Source of the DNA: Octopus sinensis
Taxonomy: Eukaryota
Assembly (NCBI RefSeq): GCF_006345805.1
Contig: NW_021835188.1
Coordinates: 1 to 42,472, forward strand
Direction: 5' to 3'
DNA length: 42,472 nucleotides
Program-made: the position numbers and the translations under genes
The notes under the pieces: generated by a model
Seen by the model: the letters and a program-made list of their open reading frames with translations, nothing else
Databases searched by the model: none
What the model was told of the DNA's origin: nothing
In this document: positions 37,502-42,472 of the stretch, piece after piece
Layout of the letters: every line of letters starts with the position of its first letter
Numbering within the stretch: position 1 is the first letter of the stretch

Positions 37502-37591
37502 GCAATTATTATTATAATAATAGAAAAAAAGTCATACCTCACGTCTTTCTCTAAATCTTTAGTTTCACATTTGTTTCCGCCTGCGTATACT
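1473..37591 (-). CDS. PKHD1L1: Fibrocystin-L (PKHD1L1)-like gene, partial: 17 coding exons, IPT/TIG plus PA14-like N-terminal region; 5' and 3' exons lie outside the window
   Basis: Manual splicing of 17 GT-AG exons gives 2174 nt (1+724x3+1) with compatible phases and no stop. The peptides are colinear with recalled human PKHD1L1 (RVYxGG..C, YG..L..GD.G...CK..GTF.G, QTYAE, P.QGS..GGT.LTI.G..FD, G.RGLK.E.W, R.SGFLV, YYIE.L, FCG..S.K.P, LC.A..G, W.Y.C.D.LD, ASPPL.GSF). Orthology is by recalled similarity, not BLAST. Confidence 0.9.
1811..1905 (+). mobile_element. Pogo/Tigger-like left-end fragment
   Basis: cagtgatacctcgcattacgagtttaatt...ctcgtcttacga resembles Tigger-type termini (recalled). 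Confidence 0.4.
2421..2549 (-). ncRNA. Minimal type-I hammerhead ribozyme fold with extended loop II
   Basis: Minus strand AUCU-CUGAAGA-GGCC..GGCU-GAAAC-AGCU-GUA-AGAU: intact core, 4-bp stem I, 4-bp stem II, 2-bp stem III with palindromic loop, GUA cleavage triplet. Confidence 0.75.
3145..3990 (+). repeat. (GGT/GGC)n tract (3145-3345) followed by an almost purine-only (GAA/GGA)n tract (3414-3990)
   Basis: Direct reading. Confidence 0.95.
4565..5006 (-). mobile_element. Two tandem, diverged SINE family B copies
   Basis: Two occurrences of gatgaaa(a)gg..(g)acctc.gcggaatttgaac. Confidence 0.75.
5151..5549 (-). mobile_element. SINE family A, full length
   Basis: tRNA-like head ggcgcaggagtggctgtgtgg (A box) ... 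ggttcagtccc (B box), conserved core gccttgtgagtggatttggtagacggaaactgaaagaagcc (resembles the MetaSINE domain, recalled), internal (AT)n(GT)n, tail aagtaaaagag. Confidence 0.9.
5683..5843 (-). CDS. PKHD1L1: PKHD1L1-like exon p (161 nt, phase 1-0): [53 protein letters not shown]
   Basis: Acceptor ttcttttcag, donor GAG|gtaaat; resembles human RRLPAL...YSVTMTSYNCSYNIP. Confidence 0.88.
6130..6475 (+). mobile_element. Degenerate retroposon 3' end terminating in (AAC)n
   Basis: Ends ...gatcgatcaggagttttctggggctaaataacaacaac; family unassigned. Confidence 0.45.
6674..7095 (+). mobile_element. SINE family B, head plus tandemly duplicated body
   Basis: Head aggcagcgagctggcagaaacg; core gactttgcctttcatcctttcggggtcgataaattaagtaccag (resembles the Deu/Nin domain, recalled); the approximately 185-bp body occurs twice. 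Confidence 0.88.
7407..7564 (-). CDS. PKHD1L1: PKHD1L1-like exon o (158 nt, phase 2-1): [52 protein letters not shown]
   Basis: Acceptor tttacgcttag, donor G|gtaggt; resembles human WTYTCIDLLD. Confidence 0.88.
7583..9586 (+). repeat. About 2.0-kb interrupted (TAA)n microsatellite
   Basis: Direct reading; TGA, CAA and TAT interruptions. Confidence 0.97.
9587..9930 (+). mobile_element. 3'-end-only copy of a second R4/Dong-type family
   Basis: Frameshifted [41 protein letters not shown] (RLE C-terminus), followed by a distinct 3' UTR and (AAT)n. Confidence 0.85.
10023..13121 (+). mobile_element. 5'-truncated RLE non-LTR retrotransposon (R4/Dong type), frameshifted
   Basis: RT motifs [51 protein letters not shown]; CCHC knuckle [18 protein letters not shown]; RHD; RLE motif [16 protein letters not shown]; stop near 12942; 3' UTR ends in (AAT)n; TAA repeats on both sides. 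Confidence 0.93.
13644..13866 (+). mobile_element. SINE family B, monomer
   Basis: Head, core and tail gccccttgtgggtaataaagaaata. Confidence 0.88.
13879..14286 (+). mobile_element. SINE family A, full length
   Basis: Same head, core and tail as 5151-5549. Confidence 0.9.
14324..14451 (-). CDS. PKHD1L1: PKHD1L1-like exon n (128 nt, phase 0-2): [43 protein letters not shown]
   Basis: Acceptor tttttctttag, donor GA|gtaagt; resembles human LCLAYKG...KFQY. Confidence 0.88.
14615..15016 (+). mobile_element. Non-autonomous Helitron-like (Lep1/HINE type) element
   Basis: Starts a|ctagcagtatagcccagcgttgctcgg; ends ...ggaggagatag...agctttatatagagagat. Confidence 0.6.
15214..15444 (-). CDS. PKHD1L1: PKHD1L1-like exon m (231 nt, phase 0-0): [17 protein letters not shown]...[31 protein letters not shown]
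   Basis: Acceptor tctatccatag, donor TTT|gtaagt; resembles human KCPPQI...YCGRYSLKNP. Confidence 0.92.
15711..15746 (-). ncRNA. Hammerhead-like fold with CCGACGA core inside a Penelope-like repeat (about 15610-15825)
   Basis: GUUU-CCGACGA-A-GAGC-UCC-GCUC-GAAACGUUA-AAAC; bulged A before stem II and a non-canonical stem III. Confidence 0.45.
16164..16615 (+). mobile_element. SINE family A, full length
   Basis: Same head, core and tail. Confidence 0.9.
16728..16894 (-). CDS. PKHD1L1: PKHD1L1-like exon l (167 nt, phase 1-0): [55 protein letters not shown]
   Basis: Acceptor ttattag, donor CAG|gtaagt; resembles human FTLNWDGIASKPL. Confidence 0.88.
17102..17608 (+). mobile_element. SINE family C with internal (CT)n(AT)n expansion and tail type 1 ending (CAA)n
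   Basis: tRNA-like head gtggaggcgcaatagcccgatggttagggcagcggact...tttcgattccc; body cacctaaagctccacgaggctcc...ctttctctcactc. Confidence 0.85.
18008..18148 (-). CDS. PKHD1L1: PKHD1L1-like exon k (141 nt, phase 1-1): [47 protein letters not shown]
   Basis: Acceptor tttatttacag, donor G|gtaagt; resembles human FLPADASEFILQSALNDL. Confidence 0.88.
18313..18745 (-). mobile_element. Degenerate RTE-type LINE 3' fragment
   Basis: Frameshifted [27 protein letters not shown] and [21 protein letters not shown]; (ATGG)n-like tail. Confidence 0.65.
18764..19070 (+). mobile_element. Non-autonomous Helitron-like (Lep1/HINE type) element
   Basis: Same 5' end ctagcagtatcacccggcattgctcggg; subterminal (GACA)n; ends ttttatatataaagat. 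Confidence 0.65.
19152..19278 (-). CDS. PKHD1L1: PKHD1L1-like exon j (127 nt, phase 0-1): [42 protein letters not shown]
   Basis: Acceptor atttatccag, donor T|gtgagt; open frame with compatible phases. Confidence 0.8.
19990..20064 (+). ncRNA. Decayed hammerhead ribozyme fold
   Basis: CUGAUGA (19997-20003), GACU/AGUC stem II, GAAAC-CUAG-GUA (palindromic loop), stem I AAUCC/GGAUU with two core-proximal mismatches. Confidence 0.5.
20661..21049 (+). mobile_element. SINE family B (dimeric) with 16-bp target-site duplication AGACTTACCATTGTTT
   Basis: Identical 16-mers at 20645-20660 and 21050-21065 flank the element. Confidence 0.9.
21058..21223 (-). CDS. PKHD1L1: PKHD1L1-like exon i (166 nt, phase 2-0): [55 protein letters not shown]
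   Basis: Acceptor ccgtttcag, donor ATG|gtaagt; YYIE.L motif. Confidence 0.9.
21273..21761 (+). mobile_element. SINE family A, full length
   Basis: Same head, core and tail; (TAAAAGAG)n end. Confidence 0.9.
21938..22078 (-). mobile_element. SINE family A, 3' tail only
   Basis: Reverse complement of the family A tail. Confidence 0.85.
22147..22557 (-). mobile_element. SINE family A, full length
   Basis: Reverse complement of head, core and tail. Confidence 0.9.
22572..22897 (+). mobile_element. SINE family A, head missing
   Basis: Starts at ttgtgagtggatttgg; diverged tail. Confidence 0.85.
23005..23048 (-). CDS. PKHD1L1: PKHD1L1-like exon h (44 nt, phase 0-2): [15 protein letters not shown]
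   Basis: Strong acceptor ttctttttgttttcag, weaker donor AA|gtaaaa; bridges the phases of exons g and i; resembles human RSDDIHLQKGKE but is about 14 aa shorter than the recalled human segment. Confidence 0.7.
23130..23265 (+). mobile_element. LINE (RTE-like) 3' tail running into (GAT)n
   Basis: aaaccgtccaacccatgccagc...ggacgataaatggcgatgatgat pattern. Confidence 0.5.
23258..24320 (+). repeat. (GAT/GGT)n tract (23258-23620) and (GTT/GGT)n tract (23953-24320) flanking exon g
   Basis: Direct reading. Confidence 0.9.
23668..23924 (-). CDS. PKHD1L1: PKHD1L1-like exon g (257 nt, phase 1-0), PA14-like: [12 protein letters not shown]...[38 protein letters not shown]
   Basis: Acceptor tttccacag, donor ATG|gtaaga; PA14-type R.SGFL motif. 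Confidence 0.92.
24593..24761 (+). mobile_element. Right half of the same mariner MITE
   Basis: Shares gtctgaccgtctgg.aagcaaat.ggaag...gaatatgctccg and the right TIR ccgcaataattatgcaccaacc. Confidence 0.85.
24908..25323 (+). mobile_element. SINE family A, full length
   Basis: Same head, core and tail. Confidence 0.9.
25353..25445 (-). CDS. PKHD1L1: PKHD1L1-like exon f (93 nt, phase 1-1): [31 protein letters not shown]
   Basis: AAG acceptor downstream of a ctaac branch point, donor G|gtaggt; second half of the TIG domain (G.PC.I...T...I.C). Confidence 0.85.
25957..26194 (-). mobile_element. tRNA-headed SINE, fourth family (V-domain-like motif cagcgtcccatccaggg)
   Basis: Minus-strand ggcgcatggcttagtggttagg...gtttcgattcc A and B boxes. 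Confidence 0.65.
26607..27357 (+). repeat. About 750-bp (GGAA)n-based polypurine tract
   Basis: Direct reading. Confidence 0.95.
27715..28232 (+). mobile_element. SINE family A interrupted by (TG)n plus a SINE family B head (about 27948-28057)
   Basis: Family A sequence stops at ctaacatcg and resumes at gcttgacaacc; the insert matches the family B 5' part. Confidence 0.85.
28268..28378 (-). CDS. PKHD1L1: PKHD1L1-like exon e (111 nt, phase 1-1), IPT/TIG domain: [37 protein letters not shown]
   Basis: Acceptor ccttttcag, donor G|gtaata; classic TIG motif P..GS..GGT.LTI.G.NF. Confidence 0.92.
28461..28955 (+). repeat. Degenerate (CA)n tract occupying most of the d-e intron
   Basis: Direct reading. 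Confidence 0.93.
28992..29062 (-). CDS. PKHD1L1: PKHD1L1-like exon d (71 nt, phase 2-1): [23 protein letters not shown]
   Basis: Acceptor tttttttttag, donor G|gtaaat; ends QTYA(E) like the human protein. Confidence 0.9.
29430..29729 (-). mobile_element. SINE family C with tail type 2
   Basis: Same head and body on the minus strand; different 3' tail. Confidence 0.85.
29901..30101. mobile_element. hAT-type MITE (201 bp)
   Basis: TIRs cagtgattttcaa / ttgaaaagcactg; flanks ttctactc and ttctactt (7/8 TSD match). Confidence 0.8.
30142..30666. mobile_element. MITE with 29-bp TIRs and 8-bp TSD (Merlin- or Mutator-like)
   Basis: TIR ggatgttttcggtttgaacggcagttttt versus its reverse complement at the right end (27/29); AATAATAT on both sides (low complexity). 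Confidence 0.75.
30772..30814 (-). CDS. PKHD1L1: PKHD1L1-like exon c (43 nt, phase 1-2): [14 protein letters not shown]
   Basis: Acceptor atcttgcag, donor AG|gtaagt; resembles human HHNVSFILDNDYGR. Confidence 0.85.
31273..31683 (+). mobile_element. SINE family A, full length
   Basis: Same head, core and tail. Confidence 0.9.
32142..32209 (-). CDS. PKHD1L1: PKHD1L1-like exon b (68 nt, phase 2-1): [23 protein letters not shown]
   Basis: Acceptor ttttgaag, donor G|gtaagt; resembles human YGLKLDHPNGDMGSMVCKTTGTFIG. Confidence 0.9.
32258..32531 (-). mobile_element. SINE family A, head, core and internal microsatellite; tail lost
   Basis: Reverse complement of head and core at 32365-32531. Confidence 0.8.
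32533..32752. repeat. (TA)n-rich tract
   Basis: Direct reading; similar tracts at 2186-2243 and 41308-41494. Confidence 0.93.
32967..33192 (-). mobile_element. SINE family B, alternative tail
   Basis: Reverse complement of head and core; tail ...ggctttgtgcctatagcagaaaggatt(att)n. Confidence 0.85.
33257..36852 (+). mobile_element. Longer 5'-truncated R4/Dong-type retrotransposon (third family), frameshifted
   Basis: N-terminal [20 protein letters not shown]; RT motifs [59 protein letters not shown]; [22 protein letters not shown]; [17 protein letters not shown]; stop at 36630; flanked by (AAT)n. Confidence 0.93.
36969..37443 (+). mobile_element. Non-coding 475-bp module bounded on both sides by (AAT)n; probable Dong-mobilised passenger or isolated 3' UTR
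   Basis: Sharp boundaries with AAT arrays, no long ORF, no tRNA head, no similarity to the three UTRs in this window. Confidence 0.5.
37538..37591 (-). CDS. PKHD1L1: PKHD1L1-like exon a (54 nt, phase 2-2): [19 protein letters not shown]
   Basis: Acceptor ttttctccag, donor AG|gtatga; resembles human RVYIGGMPCELL. Confidence 0.85.
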
Positions 37592-37712
37592 CTGGAGAAA
37601 ATACAGAACAGAACAGAAAGTGTTAATTGTCATTAAAAGCAACAATATTAATGAGTTTTGTAATTACTTTTGTCTATAAATTCTATATTAAGGTGTAAAA
37701 GTCATCCATCTA

Positions 37713-38150
37713 TAGGCGCAGGAGTGGCTGCGTGGTAAGTAGCTTGCTAACCAACCACATGGTTCCGGGTTCAGTCCCACTGCGTGGCATCTTGGGCAAG
37801 TGTCTTCTGCTATAGCCCCGGGCCGACCAATGCCTTGTGAGTGGATTTGGTAGACGGAAACTGAAAGAAGCCTGTCGTATATATGTATATATATATGTGT
37901 GTGTGGTGTGTGTGTGTGTGGTGTGTGTGTGTATGTGTGTGTGGTGTGTGTATGTTTGTCCCACTAGCATTGCTTGACAACCATGCTGGTGTGTGTGTTT
38001 ACGTCCCCGTCACCTAAGCGGTTCGCAAAAAGAGACCGATAGAATAAGTACTGAGCTTACAAAGAATAAGTCCCTGTGTCGATTTGCTCGATTAAAGGCG
38101 GTGCTCCAGCATGGCCGCAGTCAAATGACTGAAACAAGTAAAAGAAGTAA
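37713..38150 (+). mobile_element. SINE family A, full length
   Basis: Same head, core and tail. Confidence 0.9.
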
Positions 38151-38578
38151 ACGAAGAAATATTAACTGCCAGCCACCCGAACGACTCGGGTATGTTGCTA
38201 TCGTGTAAAAGTGTCACCATTGAGTGACTACAATGGAAGTGGGAGACTGTTCCGGAAGCGGAAGCCAGTGACGGGAAGTGGCGGATCGATAACCAACCTC
38301 TACGCCACCTTAAGAGAATGACCCATAACATTGTTAACACTGGAGGAAGGTAAAAGGCAGAGAAGAGGAATCGTAATTTGGTTTCGATTCTCAGTTCTTT
38401 GACGTGTTCGCTGGTCTACTTATGATATTAATGTGTTAAGACAACGTATAAATAATGTGTGACAGGTTCCCATTTTTACCTGTCTTTAAATCAATCGATT
38501 TCTAATCTGCTGCACGTGTTTAAAATGACTGAGATTAATCTCGGTTTGAGTTTTCATTACTTCTTATTAATGTGTTCA

Positions 38579-38960
38579 GTGGAGGCGCAATCGCCCAGTG
38601 GTTAGGGCAGCGGACTCGCGGTCATAGGATCGCGGTTTCGATTCCCAGACCGGGCGTTGTGAGTGTTTATTGAGCGAAAACACCTAAAAAAGCCCCACGA
38701 GGCTCCGGCAGGGGATGGTGGTGATCCCTGCTGTACTCTTTCACTACAACTTTCTCTCACTCTTACTTCCTGTTTCTGTTGTACCTGTATTTCAAGGGGC
38801 CGGCCTTGTCACTCTCTGTGTCACGCTGAATATCCCCGAGAACTACGTTAAGGGTGCACGTGTCTGTTGAGTGCTCAGCCACTTACACGTTAATTTCACG
38901 AGCAGGCTGTTCTGTTGATTCGGATCAACCGGAACCCTCGTCGTCTTAACCGACGGAGTG
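38579..38960 (+). mobile_element. SINE family C with tail type 3
   Basis: Same head and body; different 3' tail ending aaccgacggagtg. Confidence 0.85.
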
Positions 38961-39469
38961 CTTCCAAGGAGGATTAATGTGTTCGGCTAATGTATGAATA
39001 AGGTCGCAGTTTCCCAACTCTATCGGTTCTGAATCCAATCGCATCACTAACCGGTTCACATTATTGATTGAAACGACTGTAGCTATCGGCTAATCTCCGT
39101 TATACTTATTTATTCTAAATTAGAGATTTTTCAAAGATAAATATGGTTAATTGATGAAAATTTTATCAAAGATAACATGAAAATCCATCTGCAACCTTTT
39201 AAACAACTTCTTTCATCATATATGAGGTTCTCAGATAAGACAAAGAACCCCCAAATCTACGAAACTTAAACGTCGGTTTTACATCGACTCAAAATTCATG
39301 GCTAAAACCTGTATTTAAGAAGGGTAAAGATATTCAAAATGGTAAATATAGGGAATCCTGAGAACGAAGATGAACACTAATTGCTAATTATGTAATACAA
39401 AACAACAAGAAAAGTAATTATTTCTGGTTATGAACAAAACCAACACATTTGAGGAGAAGGGGACTAACT

Positions 39470-40080
39470 AATGCCACTGGCCCCAGTCTTTCACTGGTAT
39501 TTTATTTTATCGACTACGAAAGGACGTAAGGTAAATTTCACCACGGTGGGATTTGAACTCAGAATTTAAAGAGCCAGAATAAATACCACAAGGTATTTTT
39601 CTCTGACGCTTTAACAATTCTGTCAGCTCGTCGCCTTAAACCACAACAATAATTTTGGTTTCAAATTTTGTTACAAGGCCAGCAATATCGGTGGAAGGAG
39701 TAAGTCGTTTACATCGTCCCCCATTTCTCAACTGGTACTTATTTTATCGACCCTGAAAGAATGAAAGGCAAAGTCGACCTTTTTGAACTGTTAAAACGGG
39801 CAAAACGGTGCTGAGCATTTTGGACGGCGAACTAATAACGATTAAGATAATTAATTATAATTCTGTCTAGTTTTGGCACAAGACCAGAAGTTTTGAGGGG
39901 GATGGGTGTAAGACGATGACATCAACCCCGGAACTTGACTGGGACCTTATTTTATCGATCCTTAAAATAATGAAAGTCAAAGTCGGCCTCGGCAGTATTT
40001 GAACTCAGAACAAAGTTTCGGAAGAACTGCTGCTAAACCTTTTTGTTCGACGCGGTGACGATTCTGCTAGTTTTCTGCCA
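39470..40080 (-). mobile_element. Cluster of three diverged SINE family B copies
   Basis: Repeated ttatcga...gaaaggcaaagtcgacc...tttgaactcagaa motifs. Confidence 0.75.
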
Positions 40081-40367
40081 ATTATAAAATCATCGATTTG
40101 GACCAAACAAAGGGATTACAGACTGGATGGATTAACGAAGTGGCCACCATGTTGTTACCAGAGCTGCAACGAAATGGTAACCAAATCCGTTTCCAAACTT
40201 ATTCCACAGTCTTGCGAACTAGCAGGACACATTATAATGAAATATATTTTTAGATATTCCTCACCGGCGTGACGGTCACGATTGGAATGTTCCAGCTGTC
40301 TAACAATAACAACAACACAGTATAACCGTCACGCCATCTCTAATAACAAATATAATTTTTTAATCTA

Positions 40368-40615
40368 TTAGGTTGGCGTATAATTATTGCGGCTTTTTTT
40401 CAACAAATTTTATTCAACAAAAACAATAACAATATTTAACAAAAACATCTTTAAATGACGGTCTGACCGTCTGGCAAGCAAATGGGAAGCAGTAATTGAA
40501 GTAGATGGTGAATATGCTCCGAAAAAACCATTTAAAGATGTTTCTGTTACGTGTTATTGTTTTTGTTGAAAAATATTTGTTGAAAAAAAGCTGCAATAAT
40601 TATGCACCAACCTAA
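40368..40615 (+). mobile_element. Mariner-derived MITE (248 bp)
   Basis: TIRs ttaggttgg(c/t)gtataattattgcgg and ..gcaataattatgcaccaacctaa; TA on both sides; internal remnant of a transposase C-terminus (W..VIEVDGEY). Confidence 0.9.
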
Positions 40616-41442
40616 TATTTATCTCTCAGTAGTCTTTGTTTAGCTTTTTTCAAAGTATGTTTCTATTGTTCGTTTTGTTTTCGAATTCGTTTCTTTTCGG
40701 GTGAAAGACAACTGATAAAGATCTGCTTATGTCATTCCTTAAAAGCACGAAATACAATAATAGCAAAGACAAACAAAGAAATTACAGAAACCTTTGTTTG
40801 TACAGAACCCTGCGAAGCAAATGTCGGACGCAATAAAAACACACACACACATCCCAGTAAATTACAAACCGCAACGAAAACAAACGAACAAAGAAGGAAA
40901 CAGTTTATACATATCTATACCTAAATATGAATAACAAAGAGTTCAATCTGTGAAATCAAGAGAGATTACTAAACTGATAGGACCAACAACTTTTCAATGA
41001 ATTTTCTCCGAGGAGTGTTGACACGAAACCCGCCGTTAATGGCGGATAGTCACGACTTGGAGAAAATGTCATGATTGAAGAGTTGGGTTGTGTAATGAAT
41101 TGACCTCGTTTAACACTCGTTCAGCATTTCCCCTGGCGTGCTAACGTTTCTGCCAGAATAATTATCTCAGGAACCATTTAGCTTAACAGTTAAAGCACCC
41201 AGACACTATTTGAGGTTGCGGGGTTCGATTTCCTGTAGAGTCTGTTGGCAACTTTTTCTCTGCTGTTTTTCACGGCTATACTGTGTTCGAAATTCACTTT
41301 CTTGTCTGTATGTATATATATTATATATATTATATTATATATTATAATAATATATATTATTATTATATGTAATATATATATATATATATTATATAGATAT
41401 ATATATTATATATATATATTATATAGTATAATATACTATATA

Positions 41443-41489
<47 letters not shown>

Positions 41490-41492
41490 ATA

Positions 41493-41871
41493 TATTCAAA
41501 CATATAAGGGATGGCCTAATAGGACATCCGACTCACGAGAAAGAGCAGTTAAACTCCAAACCACTAATAGTTGTAATTCTGAAATGGAAAGAAAGAAATA
41601 AAACGTTTACCCTTTCCTTCTTGACTATGCATAGTGTAGCAATCTTTGTCAAATAAAATTAGTCCTTGGCTTTCTGCTGAGAGTGCAACGCCAGTCGTAA
41701 ATAAATTTATTTTATTTACAAAAGATTGCCGAAACTATGCATAGTCCAGAAGGAGAGGGTTAAAAGTTTTATTTCTCTTCCATTTCAGAGTTACAACTAT
41801 AGTGGTTGAGTTTGGCTGCTCTTTCTAGTGAGTCGGAGGTCCTATTATAGACATCCCTATATGTTTGAGTG
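41493..41871. mobile_element. Foldback MITE with about 165-bp imperfect inverted arms (Tc1/mariner-like TA flanks)
   Basis: Left tcaaacatataagggatg...gactatgcatagt mirrors right actatgcatagt...catccctatatgtttgagtg|ta. Confidence 0.8.
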
Positions 41872-41959
41872 TATTTACATAGCTAGACTATTTTTTTCTT
41901 TCTCACTTGACCGCTGGTAGCGGAGCATTTTTCTAGAATTTTTGCTACCCTTAAATTTA

Positions 41960-41990
<31 letters not shown>

Positions 41991-42025
41991 GCTTTATTTA
42001 AAAGCAGCAGAAAATTCAATAAAAC

Positions 42026-42063
42026 CTGTTACTCTGAGTTTCACGTACCCGTTCGTCGGACAG
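42026..42063 (-). ncRNA. Compact hammerhead-like fold with CCGACGA (U4C) core
   Basis: CUGU-CCGACGA-ACG-GGUA-CGU-GAAACUC-A-GAGUA-ACAG; all three stems are present. Confidence 0.6.
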
Positions 42064-42303
42064 TTTTTGCTAGAACACAGCAAATTATGAGTTAGAGGTT
42101 ATGCAACCAACTAAGGGATAAATGTATCCGTAGACATACCTCACTATGTATAGTCCTAGCTATAAGGTTTAGAGTAGTTGGTAATTTTAAGGTAAAACCG
42201 TGGTTTAATATATATAGAAGAGAAAAGAAAAGAAATAGAGCAATAATTAACAACGAGAAGTTGTCCATTGGTATTAAAAAGACATTGTTTAATTGTAGTT
42301 CGG

Positions 42304-42388
42304 AACCATTTACAGCTGTTTCTGTTTATCAAATCATGATAATTTCCCATTTATCTCGTTCCATTTCACGAACATCGTCAGACTGGTT
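42304..42388 (-). ncRNA. Minimal type-I hammerhead ribozyme fold
   Basis: Minus strand AACCAGU-CUGACGA-UGUU..AACA-GAAAC-AGCU-GUA-AAUGGUU: intact core, stem I 6/7 bp, same stem III as 2421-2549. Confidence 0.7.
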
Positions 42389-42472
42389 TAGACGACTATA
42401 AAGAGTTGTAAATGGTTCTGAACTACAATCAAACAAACACTTTTTAATAGTAATGATACCTTCTTCTTTTAT

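Noticed and set aside
38092-38340. Strong minus-strand acceptor (cttcctccag) with an open frame, as a candidate upstream exon
   Set aside because: The peptide does not resemble the expected GTLITI.GR.FT segment and there is no phase-2 donor
1-42472. CRISPR arrays, rRNA genes, prokaryotic operons
   Set aside because: None seen; the repeats are eukaryotic SINEs, LINEs, MITEs and microsatellites

Overview
Eukaryotic, repeat-dense genomic DNA. The SINE families and microsatellite load look like Octopus or another coleoid cephalopod (inference from recalled repeats, not database-checked). The window lies inside one large minus-strand gene. I traced 17 GT-AG coding exons (37591 down to 1473; 2174 nt; all splice phases compatible; about 725 aa without a stop) encoding an N-terminal portion (IPT/TIG and PA14-like region) of a fibrocystin-L / PKHD1L1-like protein. 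Its first and later exons lie outside the window. The introns contain: (i) two chains of restriction-like-endonuclease non-LTR retrotransposons (R4/Dong type) sitting in (TAA)n arrays, one array 2 kb long; (ii) about 30 copies or fragments of at least four tRNA-derived SINE families; (iii) mariner, hAT, Merlin-like and foldback MITEs and two Helitron-like elements; (iv) long simple repeats. The most interesting signals are several minimal type-I hammerhead ribozyme folds of the Penelope/retrozyme kind, mostly sense to the host pre-mRNA (three share the palindromic stem-III ACAGCUGU, two carry a CCGACGA core variant), a SINE whose 16-bp target-site duplication copied an exon's splice donor, and a TAA-flanked 475-bp non-coding passenger element. 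Most entries in the ORF track are microsatellite or SINE artefacts.
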